Part shown: positions 1 through 8,327 of the stretch, one piece after another | Layout: each line of letters starts with the position of its first letter | How positions within the stretch are numbered: position 1 is the first letter of the stretch | Virus record (IMG/VR): IMGVR_UViG_3300032225_001933 | Location: 1-42,853 of that record | DNA: 42,853 nucleotides | Strand: one strand, 5' to 3' | From: a virus | Lineage: Duplodnaviria; Caudoviricetes | Translations under genes and position numbers: made by a program | The notes under the pieces: generated by a model | Told to the model about the DNA's origin: nothing | The model's database searches: none | Seen by the model: only the letters and a program-made list of their open reading frames with translations

Positions 1-363
1 ATTGGTTAGCAATATGCAATTTTTATAAACGGTCCATTCAACAATGAAATTTTTATTTAAACGCCCACCATTCAACGATCTGATCAATGTGTTTAATGCA
101 TTGATAGTGTACAATGTATTACTCTCCTTTTTGCGATGTAATAGGATAGTATTAGCCATTGGCTGTTGAGCCATATTTCCTGTATCAATATTATAAGTAC
201 ATATTAGTTCATCACTTTGTGGTGATTCTAGTATGAAGATCTTGCTGAATAATATTGAATAACGCTTGTTGATTGTAGATACAGTTTCCTCTAGGTCAGC
301 AGGTGAGGTAAATGTACAGAATAGTTTGTTCAAATCAAAAAATCCATTTAGTTGTTCCGCCAT
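1..363 (-). CDS. Phage hypothetical protein, 3' end truncated by the window edge (not in ORF track)
   Basis: Manual translation from ATG at 363 is open to position 1: MAEQLNGFFDLNKLFCTFTSPADLEETVSTINKRYSILFSKIFILE...TILLHRKKESNTLYTINALNTLIRSLNGG... Alternative TTG start at 333. Confidence 0.8.
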   Translation of the reverse strand, partial: MAEQLNGFFDLNKLFCTFTSPADLEETVSTINKRYSILFSKIFILESPQSDELICTYNIDTGNMAQQPMANTILLHRKKESNTLYTINALNTLIRSLNGGRLNKNFIVEWTVYKNCILLTN

Positions 364-369
364 AAATAT
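362..369 (-). promoter_or_regulatory. ATATTTAT motif (candidate late promoter)
   Basis: Exact motif between the polA stop and the next gene; overlaps the ATG at 363. Confidence 0.45.
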
Positions 370-1683
370 TTATAGTTTTTCCAAGCCGTGGTATGATTTA
401 CCATGCTTGATGTTAATGGGATAGTGTATCATGCTTTTTAATGTTGTTAATAGGTCTTTGCCATCTTCCTTACTATAGTCAAATAAGAATGCATCATATG
501 TGTATAACACTAATTTAGTTTTCTTATCTCTTAGGTAATTCAGTATGTTATCCAACATCACAACGTTATTAGATGTTTCATAACTTTGAATTATGTAGTT
601 CAATAACTTTGATTGGGTCATGTCAGCGTCACGCATAAATATACGATTCCGGGTGGGATATGTTCCGCCATATTGATATTCATCCCATATACCATCTGTT
701 AGCGTTACTATATCTCTGAAGAATGGTTGGTTTCTATATTCTTTCCACACACCACCATACAATTGTTTGAATGTTAATTCCTTAGCTTCTTGTGTTGTTA
801 CACCTAATAGTTCACTTAATAGTTCATATGTGTTTCTATCACCAAAGTTAAAATCAATCATATCACCTAATATTCTGGGGTGATATCCCTGAATATCAAA
901 CTCAACAAATTTATCATTAGTTGGTCTGTAGCATAAGCGTTCGCCGTTGTTTTTGTCCAGTGCAGCGAAGTTAATACTATTATATGTGTTTGATGGACGT
1001 CCTGTTTGTGTGTATAAATTGTATTGACTGTATATTTTACCTTTGCTAAGGTTAAGTTGTGGGTAATTCAAATTAGCGCCGTAAGAATCGATAAAACACT
1101 GTTTATCTACTTTAATACCATTTGATTCAATTTCATAGAACACATTTGTTAACGTATGATTATTGAATTTATAAATACGGCTTTCAATACTATCTATATG
1201 CCAACTCATATACTTTTGTATTATAGGTAATACAACATTAAATATGTTTTCACACTCCTCATAGTGTTTACTAATTGGTATTAGTTTATTTACTATTGGA
1301 TTTGCTGTGTGTTGTCTATAGTAAAATGTATGACATGCTGTAAATACTCCTGTTAGATCTGGGTGTTCAATAAAATTAATATCCCATAATTTAAAATACT
1401 TATGATCAAAATGATACAGCGCTTCTTTCTTATTCAATACGAATAAGCGATCAGTATTACCTAATAACCAATTTAGTGTTGTTTGTTTGTCTAATGCGAA
1501 TGATTCGCTATGATCTAAACACAGTATGTATCCTTTATGTTGTGTAATATCACGAACATATATTAAGCTTAGTGGGCTTAGTTTGGGGTGGAAGTTGTCG
1601 TTTTGTTGAATGAAGTGAACGAAGCAATCATTGAACGGACCTAATTTATCTAATTGCTCTTGTTTCTCTATAATGTAAAACAT
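370..1683 (-). CDS. polA: Compact family A DNA polymerase-like protein
   Basis: TQTGRPS (TxTGRLS-like), motif A FVEFDIQGYHPRIL, motif B AKELTFKQLYGG, motif C variant YTYDAFLFD; only 437 aa. Confidence 0.85.
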   Translation of the reverse strand: MFYIIEKQEQLDKLGPFNDCFVHFIQQNDNFHPKLSPLSLIYVRDITQHKGYILCLDHSESFALDKQTTLNWLLGNTDRLFVLNKKEALYHFDHKYFKLWDINFIEHPDLTGVFTACHTFYYRQHTANPIVNKLIPISKHYEECENIFNVVLPIIQKYMSWHIDSIESRIYKFNNHTLTNVFYEIESNGIKVDKQCFIDSYGANLNYPQLNLSKGKIYSQYNLYTQTGRPSNTYNSINFAALDKNNGERLCYRPTNDKFVEFDIQGYHPRILGDMIDFNFGDRNTYELLSELLGVTTQEAKELTFKQLYGGVWKEYRNQPFFRDIVTLTDGIWDEYQYGGTYPTRNRIFMRDADMTQSKLLNYIIQSYETSNNVVMLDNILNYLRDKKTKLVLYTYDAFLFDYSKEDGKDLLTTLKSMIHYPINIKHGKSYHGLEKL

Positions 1684-1701
1684 ATGTCATAACCTTTGAA
1701 A

Positions 1702-1733
1702 TAAAGATATAAAGAGAATTTTGCTAAAACAAA
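1702..1733 (-). promoter_or_regulatory. Bacteroidota-type housekeeping promoter candidate for polA
   Basis: Minus strand reads TTTG (1733-1730), 20-nt spacer, TATCTTTA (1709-1702); one mismatch to the -33 TTTG / -7 TAnnTTTG consensus. Confidence 0.5.
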
Positions 1734-1734
1734 T

Positions 1735-2292
1735 TTATTTAATTTCAGGAGCTCCAGGACGTTGATAAAAGAACCAATCATAAAACCCAGGCATTTCTTT
1801 TTCTGCTCGTTCTGCTTCTTCATTTGTCATACCAGCATCTCCTAAATTAACTTTTACTGCTATTATTTGATATATAGGGTTATTTTTCAAGATGTTAAAA
1901 GTGTCTCTGCTTATTTCTTTAATTAATATAGTTTTATCATCTAATATTTTTTTATAAAAATAAGCTGTATAATCACTATCATTAGAGGGAATACCAGCTA
2001 ATGTATCTTCTAATGGAGCAGGTTCTATATTTTCTAATGTAGGTAATGATTTTTTATTTTTTGTTAAACCTATATATCTTTTCACTTCAGGATTTGCGTC
2101 TAATGTTTCAATTTCTTTTGGGCGTATTTTTACTAATTCACGAGAAGTAACACTAAACTCTTTACCAACAAATAATTTATTATTTATTTCATAATAATAC
2201 CCTTGATATTCTTTATAGGTATTTTTATACATATACTCTTTTCCAGCAGTATATTTGTAAATAATTTGGTTTTGTGGTATCCTAATAGCCAT
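1735..2292 (-). CDS. Hypothetical protein at the end of the baseplate cluster
   Basis: 185-aa ORF with Tyr-rich N-terminus, starting 10 nt after the upstream stop. Confidence 0.75.
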   Translation of the reverse strand: MAIRIPQNQIIYKYTAGKEYMYKNTYKEYQGYYYEINNKLFVGKEFSVTSRELVKIRPKEIETLDANPEVKRYIGLTKNKKSLPTLENIEPAPLEDTLAGIPSNDSDYTAYFYKKILDDKTILIKEISRDTFNILKNNPIYQIIAVKVNLGDAGMTNEEAERAEKEMPGFYDWFFYQRPGAPEIK

Positions 2293-2302
2293 ATTTCAAA
2301 AT

Positions 2303-5300
2303 TTATACGGGTTCAGTTATTTTTTCAAATCCTTCAATATCTCTTATATTCATCAAAGTATAAGTAAATAATTTATATTTTGTTTTATTAATTTGATTAA
2401 GACCAGCTTGACTCATCCAATCAAAATCTGCTTGGCTTCTAAATACTTGACAACCAGCTGACCAGTTATTTATTAATTTTTGAGGATCTGTGGATTGATA
2501 TGCTTTGGAATTATGAATATTTGTTGAATTATTTGCTGTTTCACTTCCATCATTCTCGTATGTGTAATTTTTATGTTTATCCTGTCTATAAGGAATAGCT
2601 TTACCCTGTCTCATAGCTAAAGGAGTTTTAATATGAGTACCCTGATAGTATGAATCTATATATTGTCCTTCTTTCATTCCTATAACTCTATTAGTTCCTG
2701 GGTAAAATTCTTTTGCTTGATAAGTTAGTCCAGGAACTGAAGTGAATCTACCTATTCTTTCATGTCTAGTGCCACTTTCATCAAAATAAAACATTACCAT
2801 AATATCTGTAAAGTAGTTTGTGACTGTTTTTCCTATATCTTTATCTATATTTCTAAGCCCAACAATATTTAATTTATTTGTTCCATAAACAGTAGGAGCA
2901 TAAAAAGAATATCCTTTTCGTTGCATTGCTCTAATTACTTTATCTACTGTAAGATTTGGTGGTAAATCTTTTGATGGTGGACCGGGTGTTTTTAAAGGTT
3001 TTTGTGGGTTTTTGTCAGAAGTATTAGTAGAGGAGGTTTCAGTTGTTTCATTACTTTGGGTAACTTTTACTACTCTTTCTACTTTTTTAGCTACTGCTTT
3101 AATAGCATTTGCTATTGATGTAGAAGAGGCTTGAGACTTTGTTTGTCCTTCTAATATAAAGAATTGAGCACCTAAATTTGTTTTCCAATCACCATCACTC
3201 CCAATAGAATGCCCTACACTTGTTACTAGATAACCTATATTTACACCTACTTCTCCACCTTTATATCCTCTAGGTAATAAATCATCATTAATAACAAACA
3301 TAGATCCTATAATTATTCCTCCTATACCATCCATTTCAATAGATAATTTAGTTGGGATAATAGATCTATTATTGGTTTTATCATCAGTAAGAGTCTTGGT
3401 ATATGATATAATATCTTTTAAAGCGTTTGTATATTGTGATGCTTTTGATTTATCAAATTCTCCTCCACCCCCAAAAAATCGAGAAAGTACTGTTCCATCA
3501 TCTAATGCTGAGAAATATTCAGCAATTGTTGTTAGGTTTGTTTTAAGATTAGTTAGTTTTTCTGTATCACTTGTGGTAGTGTCTGTAGCAGCTGCTATAT
3601 CTTTTCTTGGTATAATCCTATCTGTTAAGTTTTGATTAAAGTCAACTAATGTATTATCTCCTGATCCTAATGCTCCTCCTTGGGCTTGAGCTCCAATAGC
3701 TACTGTAGCTGATTGTTCAGGGAATATTTGGGATTCTAGGCTATATGATCTTACTGTTGATTTAGTATTATGAATTTGTAGTGGTGTTTTTACTAACCCA
3801 GCATATACACTTCCTTTACTATTTATATCAACATAATTTACATCTATAATTCTTGCTATAGAATCTGTTGGGTCTATGTGTATATCAAAATTAGCAACGT
3901 TCCCTATAGAAATATTAATTCCATTCATCATGTTTTTTAGAAAATCAAACAATGATATATCTTTCTTTTCCTTTTTATCTTGAGATGCTAATCCATCATC
4001 TGTAACTAATTTATATAAAAATGCTAGATTAACATATATATTTTCTATAATACCAAATTTAGAACCATCTTCCCCCTCTTTAAGAAAAACATCAGCACCG
4101 TTAAATCCACTAATTACTTCATTTGCTGTTTCACCAGCATCTTCTGCTTCATCTTCTGTATCACTGTCTCCAGTAGCTGCTCCAGCTGAGGAAACAGAAG
4201 AAGCAAATTCTGGGTTGTTTAGTAGACATACTGTGGGATCCATTGATATTTGGTATGGATGACCAAGACATAGAAGAGCAGTATCTGGGGAGCTATGTTG
4301 AAACCCTTCTTTTAATGATACTTCTACCATTGGTTTTTGTTTCCCATCAGGACCCCCATGTAATAGAACATATTTATTAAGACCATCTATAAAATCACCT
4401 AATTTTATATATATATTTAAAGGTTCTGTTGTAAAATCTTCTGGTTCTTGTGATCCTTCTTCTGGTTTTTTAGCTGCATCTCCTGATACTTCAAATTCAT
4501 AAGCATAAAAAGAAGAATTATTTATAGTTGAGGAAACCTTACGAGTTTTACTAGATATACTTTCTTCATCTTTCATTATTACATACATCTCATATATCCA
4601 TCCAGCAGTAAAATTTCTTTGATATGCTTTATTAAGATTACCGTCTTTTTTAAAATTTTCAGAATCTGCTTTTTTATATATACCTTGTTTAAAGGCTAAG
4701 TCTGTTGTTACAGGTACCCAGTTTATTTTTAGTGATTCAATTAATTCACCCATTGTGATAAGGGTAGTAGTACAATCATATCCTCCATCAGTACGAGCTT
4801 TCCAACTATAATTTTTTATAAACCCATATATAGCGCAATAGTTTCCCCCGGAGGTATTTGTGTTATCATATAATTCTTTCCATATTTCTTCTTTGCTTTT
4901 CCCCCCTGCTAACACTGATGTGTTAAACGGAATTGTAGTTTTTATACTACCATCATTACCTAAATAAGGAGCCCATCCCCATTCTAATAAGACAGAATAG
5001 CCAGGGCGCATATATAATATTTCTAATTCTTCTAATTGCTTTATATCCCAACAAACAAAATTTACTGTAGCTTCCATTAATGAACCATAAGCTGATTTTG
5101 TTTTAATATCAACACCAGTAATACCAGGCATTGGGCGCATACCTAATCTATGATCTTCTCTTCCTGTAGTTGTACTATATGCATTATAAGTGGCTGTTCC
5201 TACCCCTGTTCTAGGTTTATTGAAAAATAAGGTACCTCCAAATAATACATAATCTTGAGCCAAATTAGGACTCCCATTAACATCAACAGCAGAAGTCATT

Positions 5301-5425
5301 TTAACCCAGGAACTACGAGTATTAAGATACTTTATAGCAGTTGCATCTCGTTTTCTAATTGCATTTTGGCGAGCTTCTAATTGTAACCTAATGGGCTCTT
5401 TAAACGGTTCTTTGAATATTGACAT
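2303..5425 (-). CDS. Baseplate hub-like protein with C-terminal YkuD/L,D-transpeptidase-like domain
   Basis: Follows the LysM-like baseplate gene; hub-like segments (LSIEMDGIGGIIIGSMF, YLVTSVGHSI...WKT), Thr/Ser/Pro linker, then NIH-x17-SAGCQVF. Confidence 0.6.
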   Translation of the reverse strand: MSIFKEPFKEPIRLQLEARQNAIRKRDATAIKYLNTRSSWVKMTSAVDVNGSPNLAQDYVLFGGTLFFNKPRTGVGTATYNAYSTTTGREDHRLGMRPMPGITGVDIKTKSAYGSLMEATVNFVCWDIKQLEELEILYMRPGYSVLLEWGWAPYLGNDGSIKTTIPFNTSVLAGGKSKEEIWKELYDNTNTSGGNYCAIYGFIKNYSWKARTDGGYDCTTTLITMGELIESLKINWVPVTTDLAFKQGIYKKADSENFKKDGNLNKAYQRNFTAGWIYEMYVIMKDEESISSKTRKVSSTINNSSFYAYEFEVSGDAAKKPEEGSQEPEDFTTEPLNIYIKLGDFIDGLNKYVLLHGGPDGKQKPMVEVSLKEGFQHSSPDTALLCLGHPYQISMDPTVCLLNNPEFASSVSSAGAATGDSDTEDEAEDAGETANEVISGFNGADVFLKEGEDGSKFGIIENIYVNLAFLYKLVTDDGLASQDKKEKKDISLFDFLKNMMNGINISIGNVANFDIHIDPTDSIARIIDVNYVDINSKGSVYAGLVKTPLQIHNTKSTVRSYSLESQIFPEQSATVAIGAQAQGGALGSGDNTLVDFNQNLTDRIIPRKDIAAATDTTTSDTEKLTNLKTNLTTIAEYFSALDDGTVLSRFFGGGGEFDKSKASQYTNALKDIISYTKTLTDDKTNNRSIIPTKLSIEMDGIGGIIIGSMFVINDDLLPRGYKGGEVGVNIGYLVTSVGHSIGSDGDWKTNLGAQFFILEGQTKSQASSTSIANAIKAVAKKVERVVKVTQSNETTETSSTNTSDKNPQKPLKTPGPPSKDLPPNLTVDKVIRAMQRKGYSFYAPTVYGTNKLNIVGLRNIDKDIGKTVTNYFTDIMVMFYFDESGTRHERIGRFTSVPGLTYQAKEFYPGTNRVIGMKEGQYIDSYYQGTHIKTPLAMRQGKAIPYRQDKHKNYTYENDGSETANNSTNIHNSKAYQSTDPQKLINNWSAGCQVFRSQADFDWMSQAGLNQINKTKYKLFTYTLMNIRDIEGFEKITEPV

Positions 5426-5429
5426 AACA

Positions 5430-5741
5430 TTATTTTGCTTTATTTATTTGTTCTACTTGATTTAATACACTACTAACATCAGTTGGTATCCTTAATTGAA
5501 TACCGGGGGGTGGCATTAAAAATCCTTTTGTTATATTATTATTAGCAACAGCTATAATCCACCATAATTCTGAGTCATTATAATACTGATATGCTAGGTA
5601 ATCAAGTCTATCTCCTACTGTTGTGATAATATATATATCGTTTTCAGATAAAGGAATATTAGGATAAAATTTACCTCTATAATATGGAACACCTTTTGAT
5701 GTTTTTAATTTATCATTAATATTATATCTTGTATTACTCAT
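5430..5741 (-). CDS. LysM-like baseplate wedge protein (T4 gp53 / P2 gpX-like)
   Basis: TTVGDRLDYLAYQYYNDSELWWIIAVANN...GIQLRIP pattern; position in tail module. Confidence 0.8.
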   Translation of the reverse strand: MSNTRYNINDKLKTSKGVPYYRGKFYPNIPLSENDIYIITTVGDRLDYLAYQYYNDSELWWIIAVANNNITKGFLMPPPGIQLRIPTDVSSVLNQVEQINKAK

Positions 5742-5752
5742 TTATTTTTTCT

Positions 5753-7906
5753 TTAAAACCCAGCTGGTCTTGTTCCTCCAAATGTATTTTGTGGATAGGA
5801 AACTGTAGATCCTATAAATATAGCTGCTGCTTTTTTCTTTTGTTGGGTGTTTGCGGCTGATGTTGGTGTATGAATAAAATTATATTTATATTGTTGTAAA
5901 CCATCATGAATTAATGTAAAGTTAAGACTTACTTTAATATAAAAAGCTAATTTACTATCTAAATCCCATGATGAATCATCTATAGGACTAAAATTTAAGC
6001 TAGTTATTATTCCTGGTTGGTCTGCTATATAATTCCCAACTGTTAGTTTTGTTATTATACCTCCTAATAACCCATTATTATATTCCCCTGCTAATATAGA
6101 AGCTAATTGATTTAAATCAGTATGTTTTTTATCTAGTTCTGTTTTATTAAAACAAGGAATATTAAATCCTAAACTTATACTACGTTTGAATTCATTAAAT
6201 ACATAAAATTTCTCTGCCCTTCCTACATATTTTATATCAGTCCAACCACTATCAAAACTATCTGAATAATCTGTAATATATCCTAAAAACTTAATTATAT
6301 CTTCAGCTCCTGTAAATGGGCGTATAGGTTTAAATATTAAAGCTAAAGCATCTTCATCTACATTAGTATCATTTCCTCTATTAAATGTTATTTTTGCTCC
6401 TGTATTGTATTGATATTTAGGATTATCTCTATCTATTGTAACATTCTGAGTAGTAAATTTTCCTCCTGCTGTATTTTGAGATATTTTTGTTACTTTACTA
6501 TTTTGGTTTGATACAGTAGTATATGTTCGCAAATTAGGATTTGCATATTTATATGCTGTTTGAGGTAAATCTAATTTTGCTATTCCCTCTTCACTAGCTC
6601 CAGGAAAAGTTGATGGGCCTTTACTTACAAGATCATTATCGCTATTTAATGGAGGTAAATCTTCGTTTCTATTGTGTTTTTTATTATCCTTATTATTAGC
6701 AATAAAATCAAAAACAGGAGTATTTTCATTAACTTCTTTAGTAAGATTAAATTTATTATCTACAAAAGATGATGATGTTTTATATGATAATCCAAAATCA
6801 GAAGTACTAGTAACTTTTAATGCGTCTTTAGTTTCTTGAGATAAACCAGCAATATTATTAACTCTATCTTCATCTTTAGCTACAAAGAAAAAGGTGGGTG
6901 TATTTTCATTAATATTATCTTTAATTAAATTAAAGCTTTTTCCTCCATTAAACATTGATTCAGATTGATTTGAAATTCCAAAATCAACTGTTTTAACAAT
7001 TTGTACTGGAGTGGTAGGGACTTTATAAACTCCTAATTTATCTTCATTTATATTATTAACTGCGTTTCTATCATCTAATGTAAGAGGAACACCAAGAGCA
7101 AAATCACTGCCTGATATAAAAATTGAGGATGAAAAATTAGAAACACCTTGAAATCTGTATTCAACATTATTAAATACATTTCCATCACTATCCATAAGAT
7201 GACCTGCTAGATTTTTACTCCTATCAAAAGCAGCATCTATTTTAGTTTTATCATTAGTATTAGTATACCTAGATATTATTGTATTTCCTATACCGTATGA
7301 TGAATTAGGACCACTAACGTATCTATTTAATTCAAGATCTGTGTTCCAGTTTTGTTTATCATATATTGTATCTGTTCCTCCTAAAGAGAATTTTTTAGTA
7401 TATTTTTCTAATCTATTATTATTAGATTGAAAATTATTACTAGTAACTACAGCTTCATAATAAGTATTAGGTTCAGATATGGGAAGTATTCCATGTCTTA
7501 CTATATGTTCTCCAAAAGCAGTTAAGGGGATTTGAGCTAATGTATTAATACCTAAATTATATATACGAGAAGGACCTATATATCTTTCAGTAGTAGTACC
7601 TTTTTGTTCTAATTGAGGATTAGACAATTGAAGGCCCACTTGTTTAGTTATAAACAAAGGACCTTTAGGGAAATCAAGAAAAAATTTAGTAAGGCGAATA
7701 GTGTCAGTGGCAGAAGCGTTTGTAGCTGCTACCATTCCTCCACGAACAAGCCCATCGTCGTATAAAGTCAAGTTGACGCCACCGAAAGTAGCGTCAACTG
7801 TTCTTATATCTGTTTGAATGTAGGGTTGACCACTACTTCCTCCGTTAGGACGATCCTGTCCGTACTTAAGAGACTTAAGATCGGTTTGTAGGTCTAATAA
7901 TCCCAT
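5753..7906 (-). CDS. Baseplate / tail-tube initiator-like protein
   Basis: C-terminal tube-fold-like segment (FLGYITDYSDSFDSGWTDIKYVGRAEKFYVFNEFKRSISLGF...GIITSLNFS); lies between tape measure and LysM genes. Confidence 0.55.
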   Translation of the reverse strand: MGLLDLQTDLKSLKYGQDRPNGGSSGQPYIQTDIRTVDATFGGVNLTLYDDGLVRGGMVAATNASATDTIRLTKFFLDFPKGPLFITKQVGLQLSNPQLEQKGTTTERYIGPSRIYNLGINTLAQIPLTAFGEHIVRHGILPISEPNTYYEAVVTSNNFQSNNNRLEKYTKKFSLGGTDTIYDKQNWNTDLELNRYVSGPNSSYGIGNTIISRYTNTNDKTKIDAAFDRSKNLAGHLMDSDGNVFNNVEYRFQGVSNFSSSIFISGSDFALGVPLTLDDRNAVNNINEDKLGVYKVPTTPVQIVKTVDFGISNQSESMFNGGKSFNLIKDNINENTPTFFFVAKDEDRVNNIAGLSQETKDALKVTSTSDFGLSYKTSSSFVDNKFNLTKEVNENTPVFDFIANNKDNKKHNRNEDLPPLNSDNDLVSKGPSTFPGASEEGIAKLDLPQTAYKYANPNLRTYTTVSNQNSKVTKISQNTAGGKFTTQNVTIDRDNPKYQYNTGAKITFNRGNDTNVDEDALALIFKPIRPFTGAEDIIKFLGYITDYSDSFDSGWTDIKYVGRAEKFYVFNEFKRSISLGFNIPCFNKTELDKKHTDLNQLASILAGEYNNGLLGGIITKLTVGNYIADQPGIITSLNFSPIDDSSWDLDSKLAFYIKVSLNFTLIHDGLQQYKYNFIHTPTSAANTQQKKKAAAIFIGSTVSYPQNTFGGTRPAGF

Positions 7907-7919
7907 TATTGGCTAGATA

Positions 7920-8279
7920 TTAATATCTTCCTGGTTGAGGGCCTAAATCTCTGTATTGTCTTCCAGATACTGATTTGTAAATGTGAGACACAACGCCGCC
8001 TGTTCCTGCTTGGTAGTTATTTGGAGCAATTGGGTCCATTTCATCTAATGTAGATGGAGTTTTAACAGCAGTAGCACCACCTAAAGCCAAACGGTTAAAG
8101 TCTTGAACTCTAAGATTAGGATCGCCAGTTACTGAATAAAAATCATGTAATCTACTTAGATCTGGTGCTAATTCTCCTGTGTAATCAGGAAAACCCCAAC
8201 CTTGTTGGTTTGGATTAACTGCATATCCGTTACCTACTAAGCTTAATGTGCTGCCTTGTAATTGATCAAGTATTGCCAT
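7920..8279 (-). CDS. Hypothetical virion protein
   Basis: 119-aa ORF with A-rich leader and upstream ATATTTAT motif. Confidence 0.75.
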   Translation of the reverse strand: MAILDQLQGSTLSLVGNGYAVNPNQQGWGFPDYTGELAPDLSRLHDFYSVTGDPNLRVQDFNRLALGGATAVKTPSTLDEMDPIAPNNYQAGTGGVVSHIYKSVSGRQYRDLGPQPGRY

Positions 8280-8315
8280 TGTTTTTTGTTTTAATTAATT
8301 AATTATTTGTTATCA

Positions 8316-8323
8316 ATAAATAT
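8316..8323 (-). promoter_or_regulatory. ATATTTAT motif (candidate late promoter)
   Basis: Intergenic, 36 nt before ATG 8279. Confidence 0.6.
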
Positions 8324-8327
8324 ACGA

